NCBI GenBank assembly: GCA_046331095.1
Contig: JAXLRM010000004.1
Coordinates: 68,316 to 132,315 of the forward strand
DNA length: 64,000 nt
Direction: 5' to 3'
From: Acidimicrobiia bacterium
Lineage (GTDB): Bacteria > Actinomycetota > Acidimicrobiia > UBA2766
In this document: piece after piece, positions 45,886 through 54,655 of the stretch
Numbering within the stretch: position 1 is the stretch's first letter
Layout of the letters: every line of letters starts with the position of its first letter
Notes under the pieces: model-generated
What the model was told of the DNA's origin: nothing
The model's input: the letters and a program-made list of their open reading frames with translations, nothing else
Databases searched by the model: none
Translations under genes and position numbers: made by a program

Positions 45886-46310
45886 TCAGTCCACCCAGGG
45901 GCCGACGCCGCCGACGCGCTCGGCGGAGATGTGGATGACGTGTCCCGGCGGCGGGTTGTCGAAGGGCGGGAACTTCACCCGGGACCGATGTAGACCTCGG
46001 CCAGGCGCTGGAGCAGCTCGGGTGCGCCGCCCTCGACGAGGCGGGCGGTGCCGTGCACGATCAGGTAGTTCGCCATGCCGACGGGGTTGGCGCCCTCGGC
46101 CTCGACGGTGAGCGCGACGCGAGGGTCGCGGGCGATGTTGGCGACCTTGCGGCCCCGGCCCATGTGCCCGGCGACGATGTCGTCGCCGTCGAGGCCGATC
46201 CACACCACACTGACTTGGGGGCTGCCGTCGGGATTGACCGTGGCCAGGTGGCCGAGGTGTCCTGCCGTGAGCGCGTCGCGTATGTCGGGGGTGAGTACCG
46301 CACTTGTCAT
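45886..46310 (-). pseudogene. PPOX-class (F420-dependent-type) oxidoreductase gene interrupted by a 1-nt frameshift
   Basis: Frame A (MTSAVLTPDIRDAL..GHLATVNPDGSPQVSVVW..EVYIGPG*) stops at 45975-45977. The family-typical end VKFPPFDNPPPGHVIHISAERVGGVGPWVD* continues in another frame down to 45886. One extra G in the ccc/ggg run at 45978-45983 would join them. Confidence 0.75.
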
Positions 46311-46346
46311 GGCGCCATGTTGGCATGCCAAGCGCGAGGGCGGGAC

Positions 46347-47492
46347 TCACAGCGCGCGGGAGATCAACTCCTTCATGATCTCGTTCGTGCCGCCGTAGAT
46401 CTTCTGGACGCGGGCGTCGGCCCACAGCCTCGCGATTGGGTACTCGACCATGTAGCCGTAGCCGCCGAAGAGCTGGAGGCAGCGGTCGGCGACGACGGTC
46501 TGCTGCTCGGTCGTCCACCACTTGACCTTGGCGGCGTCGGTGACGCCGAGGGCGCCTGCGAGGTGCTTGTCGACGCAGTCGTCGAGGAAGCTCTGGGACA
46601 CGCTCGCGAGCGTGTCGCACTCGGCGAGCTCGAAGCGGGTGTTCTGGAAGGCGAAGAGCGCCTTGCCGAAAGCCTGGCGTTCCTTGACGTACTTGACCGT
46701 CTCCTGCACGCTCAGGTGGGTCGCGGCGACCGCGCCGACGGACAGGATCAGGCGTTCCTGGGGGAGCTGTTCCATGAGCTGGACGAAGCCGCGCCCCTCG
46801 CTCTCGCCGAGCAGGTTCGTCGCCGGCACACGGACGTCGTCGAAGAAGAGCTCGCAGGTGTCGAGGCCGTGCTGGCCGACCTTTTCGAGGTTGCGGCCGC
46901 GGGAGAAGCCCGCACGGTCGGCCTCGACGAGGATCAGCGAGATGCCCCCCGCACCCTGGCTCGGGTCGGTCTTGGCGACCACGATGACGAGGTCGCAGTG
47001 GAACCCGTTCGTGATGAAGGTCTTGGAGCCGTCGATGACGTAGTCGTCGCCGTCGCGGCGGGCGGTCGTCGCGACGGCCTGCAGGTCCGACCCCGTGCCC
47101 GGCTCGGTCATCGCGACGGCGCCGACGACCTCGCCGGTGGCCATCTTCGGCAGCCAGGTCGACTTGTGGTCGTGGGACCCGTAGGCGTTGACGTAGTGCG
47201 CCACGATGCCGGAGTGGACGCCGTTGCCGAGGCTCGGGGCCATGGCCCGGATCTGTCCCGTGATGATCGCGGCCTCGTGCGCGAACGTGCCGCCGCCGCC
47301 GCCGAACTCCGCCGGGATCGAGGCGCAGAGCAGGCCGATCTCGCCGGCCTTGGTCCACAGCTCGCGGTCGACGTGCTGTTGGCGGCCGTAGCGCTCCTCG
47401 TTCGGCGTGGCTTCCTTGGTGAAGAAGTCGTAGGCGAGCTTCTCCAGCGCCTCGGTCTCGTCGTCCATCCAGCGCGGACGCGTCGTGGTCAT
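46347..47492 (-). CDS. acyl-CoA dehydrogenase
   Basis: 381 aa from ATG 47492 (MTTTRPRWMDDETEAL..). ACAD motif AMTEPGTGSDL. C-terminal ..IYGGTNEIMKELISRAL. Confidence 0.9.
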   Translation of the reverse strand: MTTTRPRWMDDETEALEKLAYDFFTKEATPNEERYGRQQHVDRELWTKAGEIGLLCASIPAEFGGGGGTFAHEAAIITGQIRAMAPSLGNGVHSGIVAHYVNAYGSHDHKSTWLPKMATGEVVGAVAMTEPGTGSDLQAVATTARRDGDDYVIDGSKTFITNGFHCDLVIVVAKTDPSQGAGGISLILVEADRAGFSRGRNLEKVGQHGLDTCELFFDDVRVPATNLLGESEGRGFVQLMEQLPQERLILSVGAVAATHLSVQETVKYVKERQAFGKALFAFQNTRFELAECDTLASVSQSFLDDCVDKHLAGALGVTDAAKVKWWTTEQQTVVADRCLQLFGGYGYMVEYPIARLWADARVQKIYGGTNEIMKELISRAL

Positions 47493-47634
47493 GGTGTGCT
47501 CCGTCCAGGTTCGCGGCGTCCCATTCAACGGTCCGCGCCGCCCGCTCACCAAGACGACGAGGGGCTGTCGTGTCGCGGTCCCGAGGCGTAGTTGCTGGCG
47601 GCAACACCTCGATCTCGGCGTTTGGCGAGCGTGC

Positions 47635-48327
47635 TCAGCCGTGTTCGAAGGCTTCGTCGCGGGTGTCGGATGCGGCGAGGACCGAGCGCGCGGGCGCTCC
47701 GTAGAACTCGGCGAAGCCCTCGACGATCTCCTCGAGAGGCAGGTCGGCGTAGCTGCCCCTGTCGCGGACGTACTCCATGTGCCTGTTGCCGTCGGTGTCG
47801 AAGGGGTGCAACAAGGCGTCGTGCTCGCCGTCGAAGTCGAGCACGCGGGTCCCGAAGCGCTCGCAGAGCTCCCGGTTGAAAGCCGAGCTCACCTTGAGCC
47901 AGTGGCCGCCGAGCCACAGCTCGCTGTAGCCGTGGAACGCGAACACGTCGGTGCCCATCGCCTCGCGCAGCTTGGCGCTCTGGAGGTGGTTGCGGACGTC
48001 GGCGAAGCCGAGGCGGGCGGGGATGCCGACCGCGCGGCACGCGGCGCTGAGGAGCACGGCCTTGGGGATGCAGAACGCGGCCTGCTGGTGGACGACGTTG
48101 CTCGCCCGGAACACCTCGGGGTCGGCGCTGACGGCGTAGGGGTCGTAGCGGATCCCGTCGCGCACGGCGAGGAACAGCGCCACGGCCTTGTCGCGCTCGG
48201 TCGTCGCGCCGGCCTCGCGACAGACCCGCTCCGCGAAGGCGGACACGTCGGGATGGGTCCAGTCGAGGTAGGGCGTCGGCGCGAGGCAGTCCTCGGGCCC
48301 GGGGTCGTCGGGGTCCATGTCGTTCAT
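47635..48327 (-). CDS. transglutaminase-like cysteine-peptidase-fold protein
   Basis: 230 aa from ATG 48327. Core motif QQAAFCIPKAVLLSAACRAVGIPARLGFADVRNH (Cys nucleophile, then His/Asp region FHGYSELW). Confidence 0.85.
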   Translation of the reverse strand: MNDMDPDDPGPEDCLAPTPYLDWTHPDVSAFAERVCREAGATTERDKAVALFLAVRDGIRYDPYAVSADPEVFRASNVVHQQAAFCIPKAVLLSAACRAVGIPARLGFADVRNHLQSAKLREAMGTDVFAFHGYSELWLGGHWLKVSSAFNRELCERFGTRVLDFDGEHDALLHPFDTDGNRHMEYVRDRGSYADLPLEEIVEGFAEFYGAPARSVLAASDTRDEAFEHG

Positions 48328-48450
48328 CTCGTGCCCGGGGACTCTATGCGCCACCCGGGGGCGGCACGCAGGTCGCGCCACCGGCGCCAACCGCTTCGTT
48401 CCCCTGAATCGTGCCCTGGCCCAAGGTGTCATACGTGTTATGGTCGCCGT

Positions 48451-48702
48451 ATGACGATGTTGAGCTTCCGGGTCGACGCCACCGACGCCGCGGCGGCGCA
48501 GCGGTGGGCCGAGCGACTGGGCGTGGATCGCTCCCATTTGCTGCGCGACGCACTGCGTAGGCACCTCGTGCGGCTCGCGAGCGAGGACGACGACGCGCGC
48601 TGGGAGGAGGCGCCCCTGACCGAGGCCGAGCGATCGCTCGCCGACATCGCGGACTGGGGCCCGGCGGAGGACTGGACGGACTGGGCAGATGCAACGCGGT
48701 GA
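48451..48702 (+). CDS. mazE: type II antitoxin (MazE-like)
   Basis: 83 aa (MTMLSFRVDATDAAAAQRWAERLGVDRSHLLRDALRRHL..). Acidic C-terminus. Overlaps the mazF start by 14 nt. Confidence 0.75.
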   Translation: MTMLSFRVDATDAAAAQRWAERLGVDRSHLLRDALRRHLVRLASEDDDARWEEAPLTEAERSLADIADWGPAEDWTDWADATR

Positions 48703-48997
48703 GGTCTGGTTCGCCGCGACGCCCGGCGGTGACCGCCCCGTCCTGGTCCTGACCCGCGACCCGGTCGCCGATCGGATCGCCTCGGTGGTGGTCGTGGCGC
48801 TCACGAGGACGCGACGCGGCCTCGTCTCCGAGCTCGAGCTCAGCGCCGAAGCCGACGGCCTGCCCACCGACTGCGTCGCGAACTTCGACAACATCCACAC
48901 CCTCGCGCGCGACCGCTTCCGCCGCCGGGTGAGTGCGCTCTCGCCGTCGCGTATGGCCGAGGCGTGCCGGACGCTGGAGGCCGCTACGGGCTGCTGA
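48689..48997 (+). CDS. mazF: type II toxin, PemK/MazF-family endoribonuclease
   Basis: 102 aa. N-terminus MQRGEVWFAATPGGDRPVLVLT and ..TDCVANFDNIHTL are typical of actinobacterial MazF. Confidence 0.88.
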   Translation: MQRGEVWFAATPGGDRPVLVLTRDPVADRIASVVVVALTRTRRGLVSELELSAEADGLPTDCVANFDNIHTLARDRFRRRVSALSPSRMAEACRTLEAATGC

Positions 48998-48999
48998 CG

Positions 49000-49092
49000 C
49001 GCAGCACTCGCAACGGTGCCCCGGCTGCCGTGATCCTCAGCCCCGAGGACCTCCAGGCCCTCGAGGACACGATCGATCTGCTGTCGGATCCT
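49000..49092 (+). pseudogene. internal fragment of a Phd/YefM-family antitoxin gene
   Basis: The reading frame gives ..TRSTRNGAPAAVILSPEDLQALEDTIDLLSDP, matching the middle of YefM-type antitoxins. There is no N-terminal beta-strand region, no start codon and no partner toxin. Confidence 0.5.
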
Positions 49093-49120
49093 TGCAACAT
49101 ACCCCAGGGGGGTATAGTAT
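49092..49120 (+). promoter_or_regulatory. copZ-copA promoter with embedded CsoR-type operator
   Basis: TTGCAA (49092-97) and TAGTAT (49115-20) flank the GC-core palindrome ATACCCC-agg-GGGGTAT (49099-49115), 45 nt before the copZ ATG. The same shape is known for CsoR operators. csoR closes the operon. Confidence 0.6.
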
Positions 49121-49159
49121 CGGGACGTCCGCGAGAGAACTCCCGATCGGAGCATCGAG

Positions 49160-49366
49160 ATGGCGACCACGACCTACCAGGTGAACGGCATGACCTGCGG
49201 CCACTGCGTGGCATCGGTGACCGAGGAGGTGTCGGCGCTCGCCGGCGTCACCGGCGTCGACGTCGACCTCGCGAGCGGCCGCGTCGAGGTGACCTCCGAT
49301 GCGCCGCTCGACGACGCGGCGGTCGTCGCGGCCGTGACGGAGGCGGGCTACGAGGTGCAGCGGTGA
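49160..49366 (+). CDS. copZ: copper chaperone CopZ (HMA domain)
   Basis: 68 aa with the MTCGHC metal-binding motif in a ferredoxin-like HMA fold. Confidence 0.92.
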   Translation: MATTTYQVNGMTCGHCVASVTEEVSALAGVTGVDVDLASGRVEVTSDAPLDDAAVVAAVTEAGYEVQR

Positions 49367-49515
49367 ACGTCGCGGCCCGCCTCGGCGCCTTCGCGCTGAT
49401 CCTCGCGGTCACCTTCGGGGGCGGCTGGGCGCTCGGCGCCGCGACCGGCCCCGACGCACCGGCGCAGCCCGCCCCGCCGGTCCAGGACCAGCCCCACATG
49501 GGGGGCCACCCGTGA
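49363..49515 (+). CDS. small membrane-anchored protein with Pro-rich, HMGGH-ended tail (hypothetical)
   Basis: 50 codons from GTG 49363 (GTGA overlap with the copZ stop) to TGA 49513-15 (GTGA overlap with the copA start). One TM span ([21 protein letters not shown]). Supported only by coupling geometry. Confidence 0.4.
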   Translation: MNVAARLGAFALILAVTFGGGWALGAATGPDAPAQPAPPVQDQPHMGGHP

Positions 49516-51773
49516 GCGCCCCCGCGAGCCCCCAGAACGCGGCCGCCGTCGAGCACCGCTTCGTCGACCTCGACATCGAGGGCATGACCTGTGCTTCGTG
49601 TGCGACCCGCATCGAGCGCAAGCTCAACAAGCTCGACGGCGTGACGGCGACGGTGAACTACGCGACCGAGCAGGCCCGCGTCGACGTCGCCGCCGGAGTC
49701 GACGACGCCCGCCTCGTCGCCGAGGTCGAGGCCGCCGGGTACAAGGCCCATGTCCCCGAACCCCCGGGCAGCGCCGACCACGACGGCGGGGACGAGCGCG
49801 ACGACCCGACGCGTTCGCTGCGCGACCGCCTCGTCGTCTCGACGGTGCTGGCGGTCCCGGTCATCCTGATGGCGATGGTCCCCGTGCTGCAGTTCGACGA
49901 CTGGCAGTGGCTGTCGCTCACCCTCGCCGCGCCCGTGATCGTCTGGGGCGCGCTGCCGTTCCACCGTGCCGCCTGGACGAACCTGCGCCACGGCACCGCC
50001 ACGATGGACACCCTCATCTCGGTCGGCACCCTCGCCGCGTTCGGCTGGTCGCTCTACGCCCTGTTCTTCGGCCAGGCCGGCACGCCGGACATGCGCATGG
50101 GCTTCGACCTGAGCATGACCCGCGGTGGCGGCCAGCACGAGATCTACCTCGAGGTCGCCGCCGGGGTCACCGTGTTCATCCTCGCGGGCCGCTACTTCGA
50201 GGCCCGCGCCAAGCGCCGCTCCGGCGCGGCGCTGCGGGCGCTGCTCGAACTCGGCGCCAAGGACGTCGCCGTGCTGCGCGACGGCGTGGAGACGCGCATC
50301 GCCGTCGAGGACCTCGCCGTCGGCGACCGCTTCGTCGTGCGCCCCGGCGAGAAGGTCGCAACCGACGGCGTCGTCGAGGAAGGCACCTCGGCGATCGACG
50401 CGTCGCTGCTCACGGGCGAGAGCGTGCCCGTCGAGGTCGGCCCCGGCGACGCCGTCACCGGCGCCACAGTCAACGCGGGCGGCCGCCTCGTCGTGCGCGC
50501 GACCCGTGTCGGCGCCGACACGGCGCTGGCCCAGATCGCCCGTCTCGTGACCGATGCGCAGACCGGCAAGGCCCCCGTGCAGCGTCTCGCCGACCGGGTC
50601 TCGGCGGTCTTCGTCCCGACCGTCATCGCGCTCGCGGCCGGGACCCTCGGGTTCTGGCTCGGCTGGGGCGCCGGTTCGGCGGTGGCGTTCACGGCCGCGG
50701 TGGCGGTGCTGATCATCGCCTGCCCGTGCGCCCTCGGCCTCGCGACGCCGACGGCGCTCATGGTCGGCACCGGCCGCGGCGCTCAGCTCGGCATCCTGAT
50801 CAAGGGCCCCGAGATCCTCGAGTCGACGCGGGCGGTCGACACGATCGTCCTCGACAAGACCGGCACCGTCACGGACGGGCGCATGACCCTCGTCGACGTG
50901 GTCACCGACGCGGCCACCGAGGCCGAGGCGCTGCGCCTCGCCGGCAGCGTCGAGGACGCGAGCGAGCACCCCATCGCCGCCGCGATCGCGCAGGGCGCCC
51001 GCGACCGCGGCGTCGAGCTCGCGGCGGTGGACGCCTTCGCGAGCACCCACGGCCTCGGCGTCGCGGGGACCGTCGACGGCCATGACGTGGTCGCGGGCCG
51101 TCCGCGCTTCCTCGCCGACGCCGGCCTCGCGGCGTCGCCCGCCCTCGAAGCGGCCATGGCCGCCGCACAGGACGCAGGCCGCACCGCCGTCCTCGTCGGC
51201 TGGGACGGCTGCGTCCGCGCCGTCCTCGTCGTCGCCGACACCGTCAAGGACACGTCGCCGGAGGCGGTTCGCCGCTTGCGGGCCCTCGGGCTCACCCCGG
51301 TGCTGCTGACCGGCGACAACGAACGCGCCGCCCGCGCCGTCGCCGCCGAGGTCGGCATCGACGAGGTCCACGCCGAGGTCCTGCCGCGGGACAAGGTCGC
51401 GGAGATCCGCCGCCTCCAGGACGCCGGCCGCGTCGTCGCCATGGTCGGCGACGGCGTGAACGACGCCGCCGCCCTCGCACAGGCCGACCTCGGTCTCGCG
51501 ATGGGCACCGGCACCGACGTCGCGATCGAGGCATCCGACATCACCCTCGTGCGCGGCGACCTGCGGTCCGCGGCCGACGCGATCCGCCTGTCGCGGCGGA
51601 CGCTCGCCACGATCAAGGGCAACCTGTTCTGGGCGTTCGCCTACAACGTGGCGGCGATCCCCCTGGCCGCCGCGGGGTTGTTGAACCCGCTCATCGCCGG
51701 CGCCGCGATGGCGTTCTCGAGCGTGTTCGTCGTGACCAACAGCCTGCGGCTGCGCCGCTTCCGGCCTGCCTGA
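49512..51773 (+). CDS. copA: copper-translocating P1B-type ATPase
   Basis: 753 aa. HMA motif GMTCASC, CPC in a TM helix, DKTGT phosphorylation site and GDGVNDA hinge. Confidence 0.95.
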   Translation: MSAPASPQNAAAVEHRFVDLDIEGMTCASCATRIERKLNKLDGVTATVNYATEQARVDVAAGVDDARLVAEVEAAGYKAHVPEPPGSADHDGGDERDDPTRSLRDRLVVSTVLAVPVILMAMVPVLQFDDWQWLSLTLAAPVIVWGALPFHRAAWTNLRHGTATMDTLISVGTLAAFGWSLYALFFGQAGTPDMRMGFDLSMTRGGGQHEIYLEVAAGVTVFILAGRYFEARAKRRSGAALRALLELGAKDVAVLRDGVETRIAVEDLAVGDRFVVRPGEKVATDGVVEEGTSAIDASLLTGESVPVEVGPGDAVTGATVNAGGRLVVRATRVGADTALAQIARLVTDAQTGKAPVQRLADRVSAVFVPTVIALAAGTLGFWLGWGAGSAVAFTAAVAVLIIACPCALGLATPTALMVGTGRGAQLGILIKGPEILESTRAVDTIVLDKTGTVTDGRMTLVDVVTDAATEAEALRLAGSVEDASEHPIAAAIAQGARDRGVELAAVDAFASTHGLGVAGTVDGHDVVAGRPRFLADAGLAASPALEAAMAAAQDAGRTAVLVGWDGCVRAVLVVADTVKDTSPEAVRRLRALGLTPVLLTGDNERAARAVAAEVGIDEVHAEVLPRDKVAEIRRLQDAGRVVAMVGDGVNDAAALAQADLGLAMGTGTDVAIEASDITLVRGDLRSAADAIRLSRRTLATIKGNLFWAFAYNVAAIPLAAAGLLNPLIAGAAMAFSSVFVVTNSLRLRRFRPA

Positions 51774-51803
51774 CCCGCCGCCCCCGATCCCGGAGGAGTG
51801 CCC

Positions 51804-52088
51804 ATGCGCGGCTACACGATCAGCAAGGACGACTACCAGAAGCGCTTGCGCCGCATCGAAGGCCAGGTCCGCGGCCTGCAGCGCATGATCGACGAGGACG
51901 CCTACTGCATCGACGTGCTGACCCAGATCGCGTCGGTCACCAAGGCCCTCCAGAGCGTCGCGCTGGGACTCCTCGACGAGCACGTGCGCCACTGCGTCGC
52001 CCACGCCGAGGGCCGCCACGGCTCGGAACCCCGAGAGGACATGGTCGACGAGGCCGTGCGCGCGATCGAACGGCTCCTGCGCGCTTGA
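51804..52088 (+). CDS. csoR: CsoR/RcnR-family copper-sensing repressor
   Basis: 94 aa from ATG 51804 (SD GGAGGAG at 51792-98). Family motifs RLRRIEGQVRGLQRMI and ..YCIDVLTQI..H.C (Cys-His-Cys ligand set). Confidence 0.9.
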   Translation: MRGYTISKDDYQKRLRRIEGQVRGLQRMIDEDAYCIDVLTQIASVTKALQSVALGLLDEHVRHCVAHAEGRHGSEPREDMVDEAVRAIERLLRA

Positions 52089-52167
52089 CGTGCACCGGCC
52101 CCGTAGGCGGCCGTGCGGGTACGGTCTCCTACGTCCATGCCGGGGCCGCAGCGGAGGGCCGGAAGCG

Positions 52168-53232
52168 ATGACCTTGCTCGCCGAGATGACCGAACGGGCC
52201 GCAGGTGCGGTGATGCGCTTCGGTGCCGCCTTGCCCGAACCGCTCCAGCACCTCCTCTCCACCGGTCAGCCGTACCGGATCGACGGGCAGGAGTTGGCGC
52301 CCGAGGTGCGCCTCGCCCTGGCGTTGATGAACCGCCTCGGTGGGGAATCCTTCGAGGACTTCCCGCCACCGCAGGCACGCAAGCGCCTCGACGCGGAGGC
52401 GCGCGTCTTCGCGGGCAAGCCGCTGCGCGTGGACGCGGTCGTGGAGCAGCGCATCCCCGGGCCTGCCGGCGACATCCCGGCGCGGCTGTACCGGGCACGA
52501 CCGCCGGCGAACTCGGACCGCCGGCCCCTCGTCGTGTACTTCCACGGCGGCGGCTGGGTCGTGGGCAGCCTCGACTCCCACGACCCCGTGGCCCGCCACC
52601 TCGCACGCGAGACCGGTGCGCTCGTGCTCGCGGTCGGCTACCGCCTCGCGCCGGAGGACCCGTTCCCGGCCGCGGTCGAGGACTGCCAGGCGGCGTTCGA
52701 GTGGGCGGTCGCGCAAGCCGCGTCCCTCGGTGCAGACGCCGACCGCGTCGCCGTCGCGGGCGACAGTGCCGGGGGCAACCTGGCCGCGGTCGTCGCCCAA
52801 CAAGCTGCCGTCAAGGGCGGACCGGCGCCGGCGCTGCAGGTCCTGATCTATCCCGTGACCGACCTGTCGTCCAAGCACGACTCCTACCGGCTCTTCCCCG
52901 ACGGGTTCTTCCTGACCGAGAAGCAGATGGACTGGTACCGCAACCACTACATCGGCGACGACCCCGGCACCGACCCCCGCATCTCGCCGCTGCTCGCCGA
53001 CGACGACGTCCTGCGCGAGGTGTGTCCCGCCTACGTGACGACGGCCGGCTTCGACGTGCTCCGCGACGAGGGCGAGGCCTACGCCGCCCGCCTCGACAAG
53101 GCCGGCGTGCCGACCGAGGTCGTGCGCCACAGCGGCCTCATCCACGGTTGGGTCAACGCCACCGGCCTCGGCCGCACACCCGCGTCCGCCGGCGCCGCCC
53201 TCGCCGCCGCCATCCGCGCCGGCCTCGCCTGA
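52168..53232 (+). CDS. alpha/beta hydrolase, hormone-sensitive-lipase-like esterase
   Basis: 354 aa from ATG 52168. HGGGW oxyanion motif and GDSAGG nucleophile elbow. Confidence 0.88.
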   Translation: MTLLAEMTERAAGAVMRFGAALPEPLQHLLSTGQPYRIDGQELAPEVRLALALMNRLGGESFEDFPPPQARKRLDAEARVFAGKPLRVDAVVEQRIPGPAGDIPARLYRARPPANSDRRPLVVYFHGGGWVVGSLDSHDPVARHLARETGALVLAVGYRLAPEDPFPAAVEDCQAAFEWAVAQAASLGADADRVAVAGDSAGGNLAAVVAQQAAVKGGPAPALQVLIYPVTDLSSKHDSYRLFPDGFFLTEKQMDWYRNHYIGDDPGTDPRISPLLADDDVLREVCPAYVTTAGFDVLRDEGEAYAARLDKAGVPTEVVRHSGLIHGWVNATGLGRTPASAGAALAAAIRAGLA

Positions 53233-53265
53233 ACCCGGTTCCCGGGCGCGCCCGCCGGACGAATC

Positions 53266-53393
53266 AGCCTTCTGGGCGCGCCCAGCCCATCCGGATGGGG
53301 TGAGCGCGCCCAGGTCGGGATTTCGCCGGGCGGGCGCGCCCAGGTCGGGATTTCGCCGGGCGGGCTCGCCCAGTACGGGGATTGCCGACGGTC
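53266..53393. repeat. dispersed palindromic element, copy 3, with its right half amplified as 30-bp tandem units
   Basis: gccttctgggcgcgcccag.. (includes the 14-bp palindrome ctgggcgcgcccag at 53271-84). Then gcgcgcccaggtcgggatttcgccgggcgg at 53304-33 and 53334-63 (identical), with degenerate copies at 53276-53303 and 53364-93. Confidence 0.85.
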
Positions 53394-53406
53394 CGGTCCG
53401 CACGAG

Positions 53407-53559
53407 TCCCGGGGGTTGGAGCACCACACGGCCAAAGTCCCGGGGTTGGAGCACCACACGGCCAAAGTCCCGGGGGTTGGAGCACCACACGGCCAAAGTC
53501 CCGGGGTTGGAGCACCACAGCGCCAAAGTCCCGGGGTCGGAGAACCACGAGCGCGATTT
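53407..53559. repeat. tandem array of a 30/31-bp unit (4 good copies plus 1 degenerate)
   Basis: tcccgggg(g)ttggagcaccacacggccaaag starts at 53407, 53438, 53468 and 53499; a degenerate copy starts at 53529. Unit length alternates 31/30, so no reading frame is preserved. No spacers. Confidence 0.9.
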
Positions 53560-53630
53560 CGCGCGCTCCAGTTCTCCAAGCCCCTCCGTTTGGCCGGATC
53601 CTTATCCAAGGGGGGTGCGACACCAGCCAC

Positions 53631-54269
53631 CTAGGAGCGGCGTGGCCCGGGTTCGGGGTCCGGCGGTGAGGGCCATGGTGTTGCCCCGAGGCGACGGTGC
53701 ATGGCCGTGAGCTCGTCACGGAGGACCCCGAGTTCGAGGTCGAGATCGCCGGCTTCGACCAGGTAGCGCTCGAAGATCCTCCACCCGAGTGCGGAGGCCA
53801 CGATCTGGGCGCCGCGCAGACGCGCCGAACGTTCGTTCTGGCCGTAGTTGTCGACGACGACCTGCGCGAGTGCGAGCATCGGGTTGAACGGCCCGCCGGT
53901 CGGGGGGCCGCCGGGATCGGTGATCGCGTAGTGGGTGAGCATGACCGTCCAACGCCCCATCACGGAGTCCCGCTCGAAGCTGATCTGTTCGAGGGGGCGC
54001 TCGACGACCTCACGGGCCAGCGCCTCGGTCAGGTCGTCGAAGACAGCCCGGATCAGTTCGTCACGATTGCCGATGTAGCGTGAGATGAGCCCGAGCTGGA
54101 CGTTCGCGCCGGCGGCGACGTCACGCAAGGTGACTTCGGTGACGCCGAAGCGGGCGAAGAGGTCCCCGGCCGCGTCGAGCACGGCGCGGCGCACCTCGGC
54201 GGGGCCGGCGGGCTCACCGTCTGCTCGCCGGGGTCCCGGCCGGGACCGTCGTGGATTCGCTTCGCTCAT
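53631..54269 (-). CDS. TetR/AcrR-family transcriptional regulator
   Basis: 212 aa with N-terminal HTH VTLRDVAAGANVQLGLISRYIGNRDEL. Confidence 0.9.
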   Translation of the reverse strand: MSEANPRRSRPGPRRADGEPAGPAEVRRAVLDAAGDLFARFGVTEVTLRDVAAGANVQLGLISRYIGNRDELIRAVFDDLTEALAREVVERPLEQISFERDSVMGRWTVMLTHYAITDPGGPPTGGPFNPMLALAQVVVDNYGQNERSARLRGAQIVASALGWRIFERYLVEAGDLDLELGVLRDELTAMHRRLGATPWPSPPDPEPGPRRS

Positions 54270-54454
54270 CGTGCTCGCCGTCCTCGCAGGTCATGGTATG
54301 CCCAGGGCCGTCGGTCGGTGTCCCGGCGGAGGGCGGGCAGCGTCGACGGGCTCGCCCGCGTCTCGTCGGAGGTGTTCGCCCGGGCGCACGGCAGGCGGCT
54401 AACGTCGCGATTGTGAACAGAAGTCCTCATGGTGGGGTCCGACTCGCAAGCCAG

Positions 54455-54655
54455 ATGACGCACCGAGACCAAGAGCGGGACGCACGCATGGTGGAGGAGT
54501 CCGCGGCCCGCCTCGAGGTCGAGTTTCCCAGCGTCAGCCCCGACGTGATTCGAGAGTTGCTCGAGTCGAGCCTCGCCAGGACGACGGACGCGCGCGTACA
54601 GCACTTCCGGTTGGTGCTGGCAGAGCGCGAGGTGCGCGAGCAGCTCGAGAGATGA
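54455..54655 (+). CDS. small three-helix-bundle-type protein (hypothetical)
   Basis: 66 aa from ATG 54455. ..LEVEFPSVSPDVIRELLESSLARTTDARVQHFRLVLAEREVREQL matches a small actinobacterial family recalled from memory. ATGA overlap with the next gene. Confidence 0.6.
   Translation: MTHRDQERDARMVEESAARLEVEFPSVSPDVIRELLESSLARTTDARVQHFRLVLAEREVREQLER

Noticed and set aside
45886-47607. 573-aa minus-strand ORF
   Set aside because: Only its last ~30 codons (VKFPPFDNPPPGHVIHISAERVGGVGPWVD) are real: they are the displaced C-terminus of the frameshifted PPOX gene. The rest is an R/P-rich shadow of the acyl-CoA dehydrogenase gene.
49248-52262. 1,004-aa minus-strand ORF
   Set aside because: It is antisense to copZ, copA and csoR, all of which carry unambiguous family motifs.
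53407-53559. CRISPR array hypothesis for the 30/31-bp repeats
   Set aside because: The repeats are directly abutting with no unique spacers. No cas genes or leader are visible in the window.
53264-53719. Repetitive-peptide ORFs across the tandem arrays (e.g. 53300-53710, 53416-53634, 53264-53719)
   Set aside because: The alternating 30/31-nt unit length rotates the frame each copy. Similar ORFs are open in several frames and on both strands, which is the signature of non-coding GC-rich repeats.
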